Origin: an uncultured delta proteobacterium
Lineage (GTDB): Bacteria; Myxococcota_A; Polyangia; Palsa-1104
DNA length: 64,000 bases
Assembly: GCA_963785725.1 (NCBI GenBank)
Contig: CAWAWS010000007.1
Coordinates: 736,001-800,000 of the forward strand
Direction of reading: 5' to 3'
In this document: positions 22,177 through 35,712 of the stretch, piece after piece
How the letters are laid out: each line of letters opens with the position of its first letter
How positions within the stretch are numbered: the first letter of the stretch is position 1
The notes under the pieces: model-generated
What the model was told of the DNA's origin: nothing
The model's database searches: none
Seen by the model: only the letters and a program-made list of their open reading frames with translations
Program-made: the position numbers and the translations under genes

Positions 22177-23193
22177 ATGCGCAAGCAAGCCTTGGTGCCG
22201 GCACTCCTCCTCGTCGCTGCCGTTGCTCATGCCGCCGCCCCCGATGACGCGCTCGTCGACGAAGGCTCGCAGAAGCTGCAAGCGGGCGACGTCGCCGGCG
22301 CGCTGGCGCTGTTCGACAAGGCGCAAAAGCAGGCGCCGCGCGACCCGCGGCCGCACTATTTGGCGGGCGTGGCGCTGCAGAAGCGGAACGACGGCGTCGG
22401 CGCCGAGCGCGAGCTGCGCGCGGCGTTGATGCTCGATCCCAAGCTGCCCGAAGTGCGCAACGAGCTGGGCGCGCTCTTGAACGAGCGGCGCCGCTTTGCC
22501 GATGCCGCCGTCGAGCTCAAGCGCGCCGTCGCCGAGAAGCCGGACCTGGCCGAGGCCTGGTTCAACTTGGGGCAGGCGGCGCTGATGACCAAAGACTGCG
22601 CGACCTCGCTCGACGCCTATGCGCGCGCGGTCAGGCTGTCACCGTCGGACGGCGACGGCTACATCAGCCAGTCGGTGGCCGCGCGGCGCTGCAAGAAGCT
22701 CGACGTCGCGACGCAGTCGGCGCGCATGGCGGTCAAGCTGGCGGCGTCGAACCCGGCCACTCACTTGAACTTGGGGCTGACGCTGGAAGCCGCCGGCAAG
22801 CTCGACGACGCCGTCGCCGAATACACGCTGGCGACGCGCATCAAGCCCGACTACGCGACGGCCTGGTGGAGCCTCGGCCTGTGCGAGCTGCAGCGCAAGA
22901 AGCCCGACGCCGCCATCGTCGCGCTCGAGAAAGCGCGCAATTTGTCGCCGACGGCGGCCCGCATCGCCGACTTGGGCGTGGCCTATCGCGACAAGGGTGA
23001 CTTGAAGCGGGCGCAGTCGCTGTTCGCCGAGTCTTTGGCCAAAGATCCCCGCTATGTGCCGGCGCATTGGCATATGGCGCAGGTGCTCTCGGCCCAGCAT
23101 CAGTGTGGCGAGCTACGGAAGGAATTGGCGAAGCTGCCCGCCGAAGACGCGCAGGGCGAAGCGGCACGAAAATTGACCAGCGAGTGCAAATGA
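22177..23193 (+). CDS. Exported tetratricopeptide repeat protein
   Basis: Signal peptide followed by multiple TPR repeats (AEAWFNLG, ATHLNLG, ATAWWSLG). Confidence 0.88.
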   Translation: MRKQALVPALLLVAAVAHAAAPDDALVDEGSQKLQAGDVAGALALFDKAQKQAPRDPRPHYLAGVALQKRNDGVGAERELRAALMLDPKLPEVRNELGALLNERRRFADAAVELKRAVAEKPDLAEAWFNLGQAALMTKDCATSLDAYARAVRLSPSDGDGYISQSVAARRCKKLDVATQSARMAVKLAASNPATHLNLGLTLEAAGKLDDAVAEYTLATRIKPDYATAWWSLGLCELQRKKPDAAIVALEKARNLSPTAARIADLGVAYRDKGDLKRAQSLFAESLAKDPRYVPAHWHMAQVLSAQHQCGELRKELAKLPAEDAQGEAARKLTSECK

Positions 23194-23220
23194 AACCTGC
23201 TAGTCTCACGCGGTAACACG

Positions 23221-26224
<3,004 letters not shown>

Positions 26225-26225
<1 letters not shown>

Positions 26226-26650
26226 TGCGGCGAGTGGGGTTGGCAGGTGTGGCGTTGGCCGTCGGCTGCTTTGGCGGCATGGCGTTTCGCGAGGTCGTCT
26301 TCCCGGCGCGCGCGGCGAGCGGCCCGACGTTCGGCTACAAAGTCGTCACCGCCGCCGATCTCGTCGAGACGGTGCGCAAGCGGAATCCGGCGTTCGCCGA
26401 CGCCGACAAGCGCACCGCGCTCGAGGAGGGGTTGGCCGGATTCGGGCGCGCCGGTTGGCGTTACGCCGGCTGCTTGCAGAACGGCGCGTTCGGCGGCATG
26501 TACGGCATTCCCGGCGGCTTCATGTGCGATCAGCTCATCTTCGAGCAGGGCGCCGCCGCGGGATCGCCGCCGATCGTGTCGAGCGCGGCGACGTCGGTGG
26601 CGCCGACCGCGATCGAGCCGCCGACGCCGAATCCGGCGATGCATCATTGA
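26225..26650 (+). CDS. Small exported hypothetical protein
   Basis: GTG overlaps the guaB stop; N-terminal hydrophobic segment; LAGFGRAGWRY resembles DUF4177-like motifs. Confidence 0.55.
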
Positions 26651-26660
26651 TGGGCGCGGG

Positions 26661-27452
26661 ATGAGCCTGCCCGACTATCGCGTCTCGGCGGCCGCGACGA
26701 ACGAGGCCATGGCCGTCGCGGCGCGAGTGCGCGCCTGGCAGGCGCAGCGCGGCGTCGAGGGCACGGAGCTGGCGCGGCTGCACGCGTGGATGCGTCACGC
26801 GGTCGTCTATCACTCGAACGCGCTCGATGTGTTCGGCGAAGACGCGCTGACCGAAGTCGAGACCAAGACCGTGCTCGTCGACGGACGCACGGTGCCGAAG
26901 TCGCTGCGCCAGCATTTGTGGGCCGTGAACATGTCGGTGGCCTGCGATCGCGTCGAGAGTTGGGGACAGGACGCGGCGCCGATCGACGAAGCGCAGCTGC
27001 TCGCGCTCAACGGCATTCTCTTGCGCGGCATCGACGAGGCGGGCGCGGGCAGCTATCGCACCGTCGCCGTCTACTTGACCGACGCCGCGTTCGAGCCGCC
27101 GCCGGCCGAGGAAGTGCCGCGGCAGATGCGCGCCTTCGCCGCTTGGCTGCGCGAGCCGCACACGACGGCGAGCGACAACGCGCTCGTGCAGGCGGCGCGG
27201 CTGCACGCCTGGTTCGAGACGATTCACCCGTTCGTCGACGGCAACGGGCGCGCCGGCCGGCTGCTGGTCGACTTGTGGCTGCTCAAGCACGGCCTCTTGC
27301 GGGCGCTCGTGCGCGCCGAGTCGCGCGGGCGTTATCGCGAGGCGCTGCGCGCGGCGCAGGCGACGGGCGAGCTGTCGCTGCTGGTGCAGCTGTTCACCGA
27401 GAGCGTAGGCATGATGCTGGCCGAGCACGAACGCGCCAGCCAACCGAGGTAA
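26661..27452 (+). CDS. Fic family protein
   Basis: [12 protein letters not shown]ic signature; [13 protein letters not shown]. Confidence 0.92.
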   Translation: MSLPDYRVSAAATNEAMAVAARVRAWQAQRGVEGTELARLHAWMRHAVVYHSNALDVFGEDALTEVETKTVLVDGRTVPKSLRQHLWAVNMSVACDRVESWGQDAAPIDEAQLLALNGILLRGIDEAGAGSYRTVAVYLTDAAFEPPPAEEVPRQMRAFAAWLREPHTTASDNALVQAARLHAWFETIHPFVDGNGRAGRLLVDLWLLKHGLLRALVRAESRGRYREALRAAQATGELSLLVQLFTESVGMMLAEHERASQPR

Positions 27453-27462
27453 AACAACGTCC

Positions 27463-29022
27463 ATGAGCAGTCGTGAGCTGGTCCTCATCCTCGATTTCGG
27501 TTCGCAATACACGCAGCTGATCGCGCGCCGCATTCGCGAGCTGAAGGTCTATTGCGAGATCCATCCCTTCGACATTTCGATCGAGAAGATCCGCATGATG
27601 TCGCCGCGCGCCATCGTGCTGTCGGGCGGTCCGTCGTCGGTCTACGAAGCGGGCGCGCCGACGGTGCACAAGGCGCTGTTCGAGCTCGGCCTGCCGACGC
27701 TCGGCATCTGCTACGGCATCCAGCTCATGGCCAAGCTGCTCGGCGGCAACGTGCAGCCGGCCGACAAGCGCGAATATGGCCGCGCGCACGTGCGCATCAA
27801 CGAAAAGGGCGCCCGCTCGCCGCTCTTCCACGGCTTCGCGGCCGGCGAGGATCTGGCGGTGTGGATGTCGCATGGTGACCGGGTCGAGTCGCTGCCGCAC
27901 GGCTTTACGCTCATCGGCGAGAGCGACAACGCGCCCAACTGCGTGACCGCCGACGACGATCGGCGCATGTACGGCGTGCAGTTCCATCCCGAGGTCGCGC
28001 ACACGCCGCGTGGCGGCGAGATCTTGTCCAACTTCCTCTTTCGCGTCTGCCAGCTGTCGCCGACGTGGACGATGGCGTCGTTCGCCGAGGAAGCGGAGGT
28101 GCACATTCGGCAGCAGGTCGGGCCCAAAGGGCGCGTCATCCTCGGCCTGTCGGGCGGCGTCGACTCGTCGGTGGCGGCGAAGCTGCTGTTGAACGCGATC
28201 GGCGAGCGGTTGACCTGCATCTTCGTCGACAACGGCCTGTTGCGGCAGGGCGAGCGCGCGGGCGTCGAGGCGCTGTTCGCGGGCGCGTTCAAGGCCGATC
28301 TGCACGTCGTCGACGCCGAGGCGCGCTTCTTGTCGGCGCTGGCCGGCGTCACCGATCCCGAGCAGAAGCGCAAGATCATCGGGCGCGAGTTCATCGCCGT
28401 CTTCGACGAGGAGGCCAAGCGCATCGACGGCGTGGAGTTCTTGGCGCAAGGCACGCTCTATCCCGACGTCATCGAGAGCGTGTCGCACAAAGGGCCGTCG
28501 GCGACGATCAAGTCGCACCATAACGTCGGCGGTTTGCCGGCGCACATGAAGCTGAAGCTGGTCGAGCCGCTGCGCGAGCTGTTCAAGGACGAAGTGCGCG
28601 AGCTCGGCGCCGAGCTGGGCTTGCCGCGGCCGGTCTTGTGGCGCCAGCCGTTTCCCGGCCCGGGTCTGGCCGTGCGCATCCTCGGCGAAGTCACGAAGCT
28701 GCGCTGCGACCTGTTGCGCCGCGCCGACGCCATCATCGACGAGGAGATTCGCGCCGCCGGCTTGTACGACAGCATTTGGCAGTCGTTCGGCGTCTTGTTG
28801 CCGGTCAAGTCGGTGGGCGTGATGGGCGATCAGCGCACCTATGCCGACGCGTTGGCGTTGCGCGCCGTGCACTCCAAAGACGGCATGACCGCCGATTGGG
28901 TGCCGCTGCCGTACGAGCTGCTCGGGACGATCAGCCGCCGCATCATCAACGAGGTGCACGGCATCAATCGCGTCGTCTACGACATCACGTCGAAGCCGCC
29001 GGGAACGATCGAGTGGGAGTGA
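27463..29022 (+). CDS. guaA: GMP synthase (glutamine-hydrolysing)
   Basis: [42 protein letters not shown]. Confidence 0.98.
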   Translation: MSSRELVLILDFGSQYTQLIARRIRELKVYCEIHPFDISIEKIRMMSPRAIVLSGGPSSVYEAGAPTVHKALFELGLPTLGICYGIQLMAKLLGGNVQPADKREYGRAHVRINEKGARSPLFHGFAAGEDLAVWMSHGDRVESLPHGFTLIGESDNAPNCVTADDDRRMYGVQFHPEVAHTPRGGEILSNFLFRVCQLSPTWTMASFAEEAEVHIRQQVGPKGRVILGLSGGVDSSVAAKLLLNAIGERLTCIFVDNGLLRQGERAGVEALFAGAFKADLHVVDAEARFLSALAGVTDPEQKRKIIGREFIAVFDEEAKRIDGVEFLAQGTLYPDVIESVSHKGPSATIKSHHNVGGLPAHMKLKLVEPLRELFKDEVRELGAELGLPRPVLWRQPFPGPGLAVRILGEVTKLRCDLLRRADAIIDEEIRAAGLYDSIWQSFGVLLPVKSVGVMGDQRTYADALALRAVHSKDGMTADWVPLPYELLGTISRRIINEVHGINRVVYDITSKPPGTIEWE

Positions 29023-29396
29023 GCCTGCCGGCGCTGGTGTTCGTCGCGTTCGCGGTGCCGACGGCGGTGGCGCGCACGGGCGCGACCTACGACGCCGACG
29101 CGCACGTGTTGACGGCGAGCGGCGCGGCGGCGGCGGATCTGCGCGCGCCCACGGCGGCGATCGCGCGCGTCAAGGCCGAGCGGCAGGCGCGTACGCAGGC
29201 GGAGAAGAAGATCGTGGCCGCGCTCGTGGAGTTGGGCGACGCGGCCGACTTGGAAGGGCTGAACAAGCAGGTCGCGGACGCGAAAGTGGGCGACGAGCGC
29301 TATGGCTCCGACGGCTCGGTGCAGCTGACGCTGACGCTGGCGACGGATGAGCTGCCGTTGAAGCGGGCGAAGAAGCACAAGCAGCACGCGGAGTAG
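29019..29396 (+). CDS. Small exported hypothetical protein
   Basis: GTGA overlap with the guaA stop; hydrophobic N-terminus. Confidence 0.6.
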   Translation: MSLPALVFVAFAVPTAVARTGATYDADAHVLTASGAAAADLRAPTAAIARVKAERQARTQAEKKIVAALVELGDAADLEGLNKQVADAKVGDERYGSDGSVQLTLTLATDELPLKRAKKHKQHAE

Positions 29397-29453
29397 CGGC
29401 GGCGGCCGGCCGCGCGGGGCGGACGACGCTGGGAAAGCCGGGCGGCGGCTGAG

Positions 29454-29473
29454 AAGTAAACGGGTGTTTACTT
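29454..29473. promoter_or_regulatory. Operator-like inverted repeat AAGTAAAC-GGGT-GTTTACTT
   Basis: Perfect 8-bp AT-rich arms with a 4-nt spacer in GC-rich intergenic DNA. Confidence 0.45.
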
Positions 29474-29722
29474 AGGGCTGCGACGGCGTGGCGGGCTCGC
29501 GCGTCGCGCCCGGTGGGCGCGCGCGAGGCCGCTCCGTCGGGCCGGCCAGCGGTCGATCGCGCAACAGCGCGCGCGGTTTATCGCGGGCTCGGTCTCGCAG
29601 CGCCGACGTTCGCCCCCAGCTTCCGAAGCGAGCGGGACTGCGGCGGCGGTTGGCAGAAAAACGATCATGTCTGTCACTCCTGCCATCGCCGACGGGTGTC
29701 TATTCGGCGACAGGAGGTTCCC

Positions 29723-29872
29723 ATGAAACGATCGTGCGCTTGGCGCGTCGTCGCCGACGACCTCTTCATCATCCTCAAGCCCTTGTCGCGCGGCACGCAC
29801 ACGCTGACGACGCACATCGTGAACACCGACGGCGACGTCTTCGACCGCACGCGCACGATCACGTCCGACTGA
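29723..29872 (+). pseudogene. 49-codon ORF, probable internally deleted gene remnant
   Basis: AGGAGG SD and ATG; MKRSCAWR joined to VADDLFIILKPLSRGTHTL, which resembles the C-terminus of a secreted protein family. Confidence 0.4.
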
Positions 29873-30059
29873 GCGTTCGCGTCCGGGGCTGTCACTCGTG
29901 CGGGACGCGGCCAGCGGCAAACCGGCAAGCGGACCAAGCCGTCGCCGGCGCGGCGTCGTTCCGTGATCAAGGGGGACCCTATTGGCTGTTCCAGTAGGGC
30001 GGCACGGAACGTCGGTCAGGCCAGGCTCTGGCTCGGGAATTACGGCAGTGATTCCCGAG

Positions 30060-30407
30060 TCAGAGCGGGCAGGGCGAGGTTTTGCCGCAGCAGAGCGTGC
30101 CGCAGCCGCTGCCGTTGGGCAGGACGGGGCCGCCAGTCGCGCACGTGTTGCCGTCGGTGCAGGCGGCGGTCGTGCCGCAGCGACAGGTGGTGGTCTTGGC
30201 GTCGCAGAACTCGCCGGCGCCGCAGCAGACGCTGCCGCAGCAGGCGCCGCTCGTGCATTGGCTGCAGGTCGACTTGCAGACGAGGCCGCCCATGTCGTCG
30301 CTGCCGCTGCTGCCGCCGCCGCCGGCGGAACCGCCGTCGCCGCCGTGCGGCAACGTGCTCGCGCCACAGCCGCCCAAGAGCACCAAAAGTAGGATCCCCA
30401 AGCGCAC
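30060..30407 (-). CDS. Small Cys-rich lipoprotein
   Basis: Signal peptide with LGGC lipobox; many Cys including CC pairs. Confidence 0.8.
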   Translation of the reverse strand: MRLGILLLVLLGGCGASTLPHGGDGGSAGGGGSSGSDDMGGLVCKSTCSQCTSGACCGSVCCGAGEFCDAKTTTCRCGTTAACTDGNTCATGGPVLPNGSGCGTLCCGKTSPCPL

Positions 30408-30429
30408 GCTTCATTGTAACGTGCCGCGC

Positions 30430-32667
30430 ATGAATGTGCTCGCCCGCCTGACCGCCACGCCCGCCCGCCGCACGGCGCTGGCGCTGGCCGGCCTGATGGC
30501 GCTGGTCGTGTTGCCCTTCGCCGGTAGCTTCGGGCTGTGGGATCCGTGGGAGACCCATTACGGCGAAGTGGCGCGCCAAATGCTCGCCCGTAACGACTTC
30601 ATCAGCCTGTGGTGGCCGGGCTCGCCGATCGACCACGTGCCGCGCGGCGAATTTTGGTCCAAGCCGGTGCTGACGTTCTGGCTCGAAGCGATCTCCATGA
30701 AGCTCTATGGCTTCGAATGGGCCAACGCGCGCGCCGACGAGCTGGTGACGTCGTGGCGCGCCGAGTGGGCGATTCGCACGCCGGCCATGCTGCTCAGCTT
30801 TTGCACGATCGGCGCCGTGTTCGCGCTCCTCCAGCGCATCGCCGGACGACGCGCGGCGGCCATCGGCGGCGTGGCGCTGCTGACGTCGCCGCAGTGGCTG
30901 CTGATCACGCGCCAAGGCATGACCGACATGCCGTTCGCGTCGATGATGACCATCGCGCTCTGCCTCGCCGCGCTGGCGCTGCTGGCGCCCGACGAGACGC
31001 CGCTGCCGCGTCGCGGCGCCGGCACGCTGTCGTGGCCGCACGCGCCGGCGTTCTACGGCTTTTTGGCGCTGTTCGTCGTGGCTGCGCTGCCGCAGCTGCT
31101 CGTCGACTGCATTCAGCTGCGCGCCTTCGTGCCGCTCGGTCGCCGCCAAGTCGTGGTGCCCGGCATCGTGCCGATGGCGCCCTATGTCGCCGGCTTCGTC
31201 GTGGCGCTGTGGTGGTGTGCGCGCGCGACGACGAAGCGGCAGCTCTACCTCATGTCGGCCTGGATCTTGTGCGCGCTGGCGTCGCTGGCCAAAGGTCCGG
31301 CCGGCCTGGCGCTGCCGGCGATCATCCTCGGCCTGTACCTCGTCTGCGCCGGCCGCTGGCGCGACATCTTGCGTCTGGAAATCCTACGCGGCGCGCTGCT
31401 CTACATCGTCGTCGCCTTCCCGTGGTGGCACGCCAATCTCATCCGTCACGGCGCGCCCTTTTGGAACGAGCAGATCGGCGACAACTACATGAACCGCGCC
31501 ACCGGCCGCAACGGCGACCGCGGCATGTTCGACTACTACTGGCAATACCTGGGCTACGGCATCTTCCCGTGGACGGGACCGGCGCTGCTCGGCTCGCTGG
31601 CCGCGTTCTTCCGCCCGGCGACGGCGCGACAGGCGTTGGCGCGCTTCGCGCTCGTGTGGATGGCCGTCGACGTCGTCACCATCACGCTCGTCAACACCAA
31701 GTTCCACCACTACGTCCTGCCCGCGCTGCCGGCGGCGATCATCTTGGCCGCGCTGTTCCTCGACGACGTCTTGACCGCGCCGCGCCGCTGGCACGCGGCG
31801 GCGTTGGCGCTCGTCGCCGCGCCGCTGACCTTCGCCGCCGGCCGCGACCTGTCCGCGTTTCCGCCGCGCTTTCTGTTCATGTTCGACTACGACTACGTGC
31901 TCAACCCCGGCGTCGGGCGTCCGTGGCCGACGGGCGCGCAATACGGCGGGCGCTTCGAATACGGCACGCCGCTCATGCTCTTCGCCATCGCCGGCGGGCT
32001 CGCCGTCGCGGCGTTGGCGTTCGTGGCCGCGCGCGGTCGGGCGGTCGCCGATCCCGACGAGCCGGCGCCGGCCGCCGGCCGCGTGCTCGCGGTCGTCGGC
32101 GCGACGCTGGTCGCGCTCGCGGTCGGCATGGCGGTCGCGCCGTCGACCGTCAACGGCGCGGCGCCGTCGTTCTCGGCGGCGCTGTGGCTCGTGCCCTGCG
32201 TCTTCATGCTCGGCGGCCTCGCGCTCGTCGCGCAAACGACGCGCGGCTCGGCGGCGTGGGCCATCGCCGCGGTCGCCATCATCTCGGGCGCCTTCGTCAG
32301 CGATCGCTACATGCCCGACCTCGGCCCGCACTGGAGCCAAAAGCACGTCATCGCCGCCTATTACGCCAATCGCCGCGGTCCCGAAGAGCCGCTCGTCGTG
32401 TGGAACCTGTATTGGCGCGGCGAGAACTTCTACAGCCGCAACGAAGTCTACGACTCGAGCCACGGCGACATTCCCTGGGCCTGGACCGAGCCCATGAAGG
32501 TCGACAAGCCCAAGTTCTGGGAGCACCACAAGGGGCACCGCATCTTCTTCCTCGTCGAGCGCAACAAGCTCGAATCGATGCGCATGCAGCTGCCGCCGAC
32601 CTCGCGCGTGCTCACCACCGTCGACGAGAGCAACAACAAGCTGATCCTCGTGCAAGCGCAGTTCTGA
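30430..32667 (+). CDS. ArnT/PMT-family (GT-C) glycosyltransferase
   Basis: LWDPWETHYGEVARQML, SKPVL, LAKGP, TKFHHY; many TM helices. Confidence 0.88.
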   Translation: MNVLARLTATPARRTALALAGLMALVVLPFAGSFGLWDPWETHYGEVARQMLARNDFISLWWPGSPIDHVPRGEFWSKPVLTFWLEAISMKLYGFEWANARADELVTSWRAEWAIRTPAMLLSFCTIGAVFALLQRIAGRRAAAIGGVALLTSPQWLLITRQGMTDMPFASMMTIALCLAALALLAPDETPLPRRGAGTLSWPHAPAFYGFLALFVVAALPQLLVDCIQLRAFVPLGRRQVVVPGIVPMAPYVAGFVVALWWCARATTKRQLYLMSAWILCALASLAKGPAGLALPAIILGLYLVCAGRWRDILRLEILRGALLYIVVAFPWWHANLIRHGAPFWNEQIGDNYMNRATGRNGDRGMFDYYWQYLGYGIFPWTGPALLGSLAAFFRPATARQALARFALVWMAVDVVTITLVNTKFHHYVLPALPAAIILAALFLDDVLTAPRRWHAAALALVAAPLTFAAGRDLSAFPPRFLFMFDYDYVLNPGVGRPWPTGAQYGGRFEYGTPLMLFAIAGGLAVAALAFVAARGRAVADPDEPAPAAGRVLAVVGATLVALAVGMAVAPSTVNGAAPSFSAALWLVPCVFMLGGLALVAQTTRGSAAWAIAAVAIISGAFVSDRYMPDLGPHWSQKHVIAAYYANRRGPEEPLVVWNLYWRGENFYSRNEVYDSSHGDIPWAWTEPMKVDKPKFWEHHKGHRIFFLVERNKLESMRMQLPPTSRVLTTVDESNNKLILVQAQF

Positions 32668-32767
32668 CGCCGCAGCCGCGCCGGTCCCACGAGGCCATTC
32701 GCCCGCAGCGGCGATCGTCCGACCGTCAGGATCTAGCGCTCGCCCGCCGACGTACTAAGATGCGTCC

Positions 32768-33871
32768 ATGCGCCACCTCGCCATCGTCCTCGCCGTCGGA
32801 TTCGCGCTGCCGGCGGCGGCGCAGGAGCCGCTCTTCGAAGCGCTCGGCCAAGCCCCCATCGTCGCCGGCGATCGCGTCCGCGCCCGCGAGCGCGCCCTCG
32901 ACGAAGCGCTGCGTCAGGCGGTCGAGCAAGCGACCGCCACCGTCCTCGAGCCGTCCGAGCTGGTGGCGCGCGCGTCGGACCTGAAGCTGCGCATCTATCC
33001 CAAGGCCAAGAATTACGTCACCAATTATCGCATCCTCGACGAGGGGGAGCAGCCGCCGGGCACGTTCCAGGTGCACCTCTCGGCCTCGGTCGCGACGGGC
33101 CGGCTGGCGCGCGACCTCTCGGGCGCGACCGCGAGCGCGCCGCCGGCGGCCGCGAAGAAGGCGCGCGCCGTCGTCTGCGCCACCGTCAACGGCGACGGCA
33201 GCGACGCCACGCAGGCCGCCGACAAGGCGCTGCGCGAGCTGGTCGCGTCGCGCCGCGTCGATGGCATGCCCGGCCCGCAGCCGTGCGACGCAGCCGGCGT
33301 CGCTGCCGTCGTGCGCGCGAGCGCGGCGCAAGCGGCGGTGACCGCCGAAGTCCAAGTCACGCCCGCCGGCGACATTCGCGGCACGACGCTGGCCGCCGCC
33401 AACGCGCACGCCGTCGTCAAGCTGGTCGAGCCCGATGGCCGCGTGTCGGCCTCGGGCGACGCCGAGCGCGGCGGCTACGCCAGCGCCGGCGCGCAAGCGG
33501 CGACGGCCGCCACGCGCGCCGCCGTCGTCGAAGCGGCGCGCACGATCGATCCCATCTTGGCGCAGCGCTGGTCGACCGATTCCGGGCCGTCGGGCGGCGT
33601 CGTCGTGCGCGTGACCGGCCTGTCGCGCTGGGCCGAATACGTTGCGTTGACGCGCGCGTTGGGCGCGCTGCCGGGCGTCGCCGCCGTCGAGCCGCGGCGC
33701 TTCTTGCGCGGCGAGGTCGACCTGCTCGTGCGCACGGCGTCGGCCGCGGCGCAGCTGGCCGCGCATTTGACGCGCGTGCCGCCGCCCGGCCTGCGCGTCG
33801 GCGTGCGCGCCAACGGCGACACGCTCGAGCTCGAAGTCACCGGCGGCGACGTCGTCCCCGAGCGCGGATGA
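32768..33871 (+). CDS. Exported protein with FlgT-N-like domain
   Basis: Signal peptide; ARERALDEALRQAVEQ...YVTNYRILDE. Confidence 0.65.
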   Translation: MRHLAIVLAVGFALPAAAQEPLFEALGQAPIVAGDRVRARERALDEALRQAVEQATATVLEPSELVARASDLKLRIYPKAKNYVTNYRILDEGEQPPGTFQVHLSASVATGRLARDLSGATASAPPAAAKKARAVVCATVNGDGSDATQAADKALRELVASRRVDGMPGPQPCDAAGVAAVVRASAAQAAVTAEVQVTPAGDIRGTTLAAANAHAVVKLVEPDGRVSASGDAERGGYASAGAQAATAATRAAVVEAARTIDPILAQRWSTDSGPSGGVVVRVTGLSRWAEYVALTRALGALPGVAAVEPRRFLRGEVDLLVRTASAAAQLAAHLTRVPPPGLRVGVRANGDTLELEVTGGDVVPERG

Positions 33872-34200
33872 TGGGCCTTACGCGCCAGCTGCGCGCGGGC
33901 TGCCTCGTCGTCGCGCTCGCCGCGGTCGGCTGCGCCACGACCGGCCGCATGCGCCCCGACGGCCACCTCGCTCTCGCCTGCAACGTCGGCGACGCCCGCG
34001 TCTACCTCGACGAGGTGTTTCTCGGCCGCGCCGCCGACCTGCGCGGCCACGTCGTCGCCGTGCGCTCCGGCAACCGCCGCATCGAGCTGCGCGCCGACGG
34101 CTGGTTCCCCGCTTACCGCGACGTCGCCGTGCCGCACGCCGGCCGCGCCGACCTCACCGTCGAGCTGCGCCCGGTGCCGCCCAACGAAGCGTCCGAATGA
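33868..34200 (+). CDS. PEGA-like domain lipoprotein
   Basis: AVGC lipobox; DARVYLDEVFLG...G.RRIELRADG. Confidence 0.7.
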   Translation: MMGLTRQLRAGCLVVALAAVGCATTGRMRPDGHLALACNVGDARVYLDEVFLGRAADLRGHVVAVRSGNRRIELRADGWFPAYRDVAVPHAGRADLTVELRPVPPNEASE

Positions 34201-34250
34201 GCGCCGCGTGAGCCGCGGCCAATGACCCGCGCCGCCGTCGCGACCATTTG

Positions 34251-34862
34251 ATGCCCGCGCCCGCCGACAAACCCGGGGCTTGGCACAACATCCCCAACGC
34301 GATGACGATCGCGCGCATCCTCCTGACGCCATTTTTCGGCTACTTCTGGTGGCGCCGTCAGTTCTCCTACGCCTTCGCCATCTTCGTCATCGCCAGCGTC
34401 AGCGACGTGCTCGACGGCCTCATCGCCGGCCTCTTGAACCAGCGCACCAAGCTCGGCGCCGTGTTGGATCCCATCGCCGACAAGGTCATGGTCGTCGTCG
34501 CCATCATCGCCGCCGCCGCCACCGGCACCGTGCCGCGCTGGCTGGCCGCGCTCGTCCTCGGCCGCGACGCCATCCTCGCCATCTCGGGCGCGCTCTTCGG
34601 CTGGGTCTTCCGCGGCATCCACGGCCCCGAAGGCTGGGCGCCGACGCGCGTCGGCAAATACGCCACGTTCTTCACGCTCGGCGCCGTCGGCGTCGGGCTC
34701 GCCTGGGAGCTCACCGGCTATGCGCCGTTGCGCGGCTTCATCGGCGCCTTGTGCATTCTCTCGGCCGTGACGACCATCGTCTCCGGCGTCCAATACGTCC
34801 TCAATGGCGCTCGGGCCGTCTTACGCGGTGCTAAGCTCGCCCGTGGAGGCGGCAGCGCATGA
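34251..34862 (+). CDS. CDP-alcohol phosphatidyltransferase (PgsA/cardiolipin synthase family)
   Basis: NIPNAMTIARI, SDVLDGLIA...TKLGAVLDPIADK. Confidence 0.9.
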   Translation: MPAPADKPGAWHNIPNAMTIARILLTPFFGYFWWRRQFSYAFAIFVIASVSDVLDGLIAGLLNQRTKLGAVLDPIADKVMVVVAIIAAAATGTVPRWLAALVLGRDAILAISGALFGWVFRGIHGPEGWAPTRVGKYATFFTLGAVGVGLAWELTGYAPLRGFIGALCILSAVTTIVSGVQYVLNGARAVLRGAKLARGGGSA

Positions 34863-35644
34863 GCGACGTCCACATCACCGACGACGACGGCGTGCGCTTC
34901 ATCGCGCTCGACCGCCCCGAGTCGAAGAACGGCCTCACCGACAGCGTCAACGCGCGCATCATCGAGGCGCTCGAAGCATCGGCCGCGCGCCGCGACATTC
35001 GCTGCGTGGTCATCACCGGCAAAGGCGGCAACTTCTGCTCCGGCCTCGACTTGAAGGCGCTGGCCGCCGGCGGCATGGGCACGCTCGACAGCGCCGAAGA
35101 GCACCTGCAGAAATATTTCCACGGCCTGATTCGCGCCGTCCGCAGCCTGGCCAAGCCGGTCATCGCGCTCGTCGATGGCGCCGCGGTCGGCTACGGCTGC
35201 GACTTGGCGCTCGCCTGCGACATCCGCATCGGCACCGAGCGCACCCGCTTCGGCGAGGTCTTCGTCAAGCGCGGCCTCATGCCCGACGGCGGCGGCACCT
35301 GGTCGCTGCCGCGCCTCGTCGGCGTCGGCAAGGCGCTCGAGCTCATGTTCACCGGCGATCTCGTCAACGCCGCCGACTGCGAGCGGCTCGGCCTCGTCAA
35401 CCGCGTCGTCGCCTCTGCCGAAGCCGAGCAGCAGACCTGGGAATTGGCCAAGCGCATCGCCGCCGGCCCGCCGCTCGTGCACGCCTTCATCAAGCGCGCC
35501 GTCTACGACGCGCAGTCGAGCAGCCTCGACGAAGCCTTGAACGTCGAAGCGCGCGGCCAAGTGCAGCTCCTGCACTCGAAGGACTTCTTGGAAGGCATCT
35601 CCGCCTTCTTCCAGAAGCGCCTACCCAATTTCACCGGCGAATAA
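34859..35644 (+). CDS. Enoyl-CoA hydratase/isomerase family protein
   Basis: LDRPESKN, FCSGLDL, KPVIALVDGAAVGYG, GLMPDGGG. Confidence 0.92.
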   Translation: MSDVHITDDDGVRFIALDRPESKNGLTDSVNARIIEALEASAARRDIRCVVITGKGGNFCSGLDLKALAAGGMGTLDSAEEHLQKYFHGLIRAVRSLAKPVIALVDGAAVGYGCDLALACDIRIGTERTRFGEVFVKRGLMPDGGGTWSLPRLVGVGKALELMFTGDLVNAADCERLGLVNRVVASAEAEQQTWELAKRIAAGPPLVHAFIKRAVYDAQSSSLDEALNVEARGQVQLLHSKDFLEGISAFFQKRLPNFTGE

Positions 35645-35712
35645 GCGCAAAACGCCATTCGAACGGCGCGAAACGAATCGATTACGCTGATTATGCGAAT
35701 CGTGAAACGCGA

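Noticed and set aside
29022..30060. Genomic island integrated at the guaA 3' end
   Set aside because: No integrase seen and no duplicated guaA end noticed in the window
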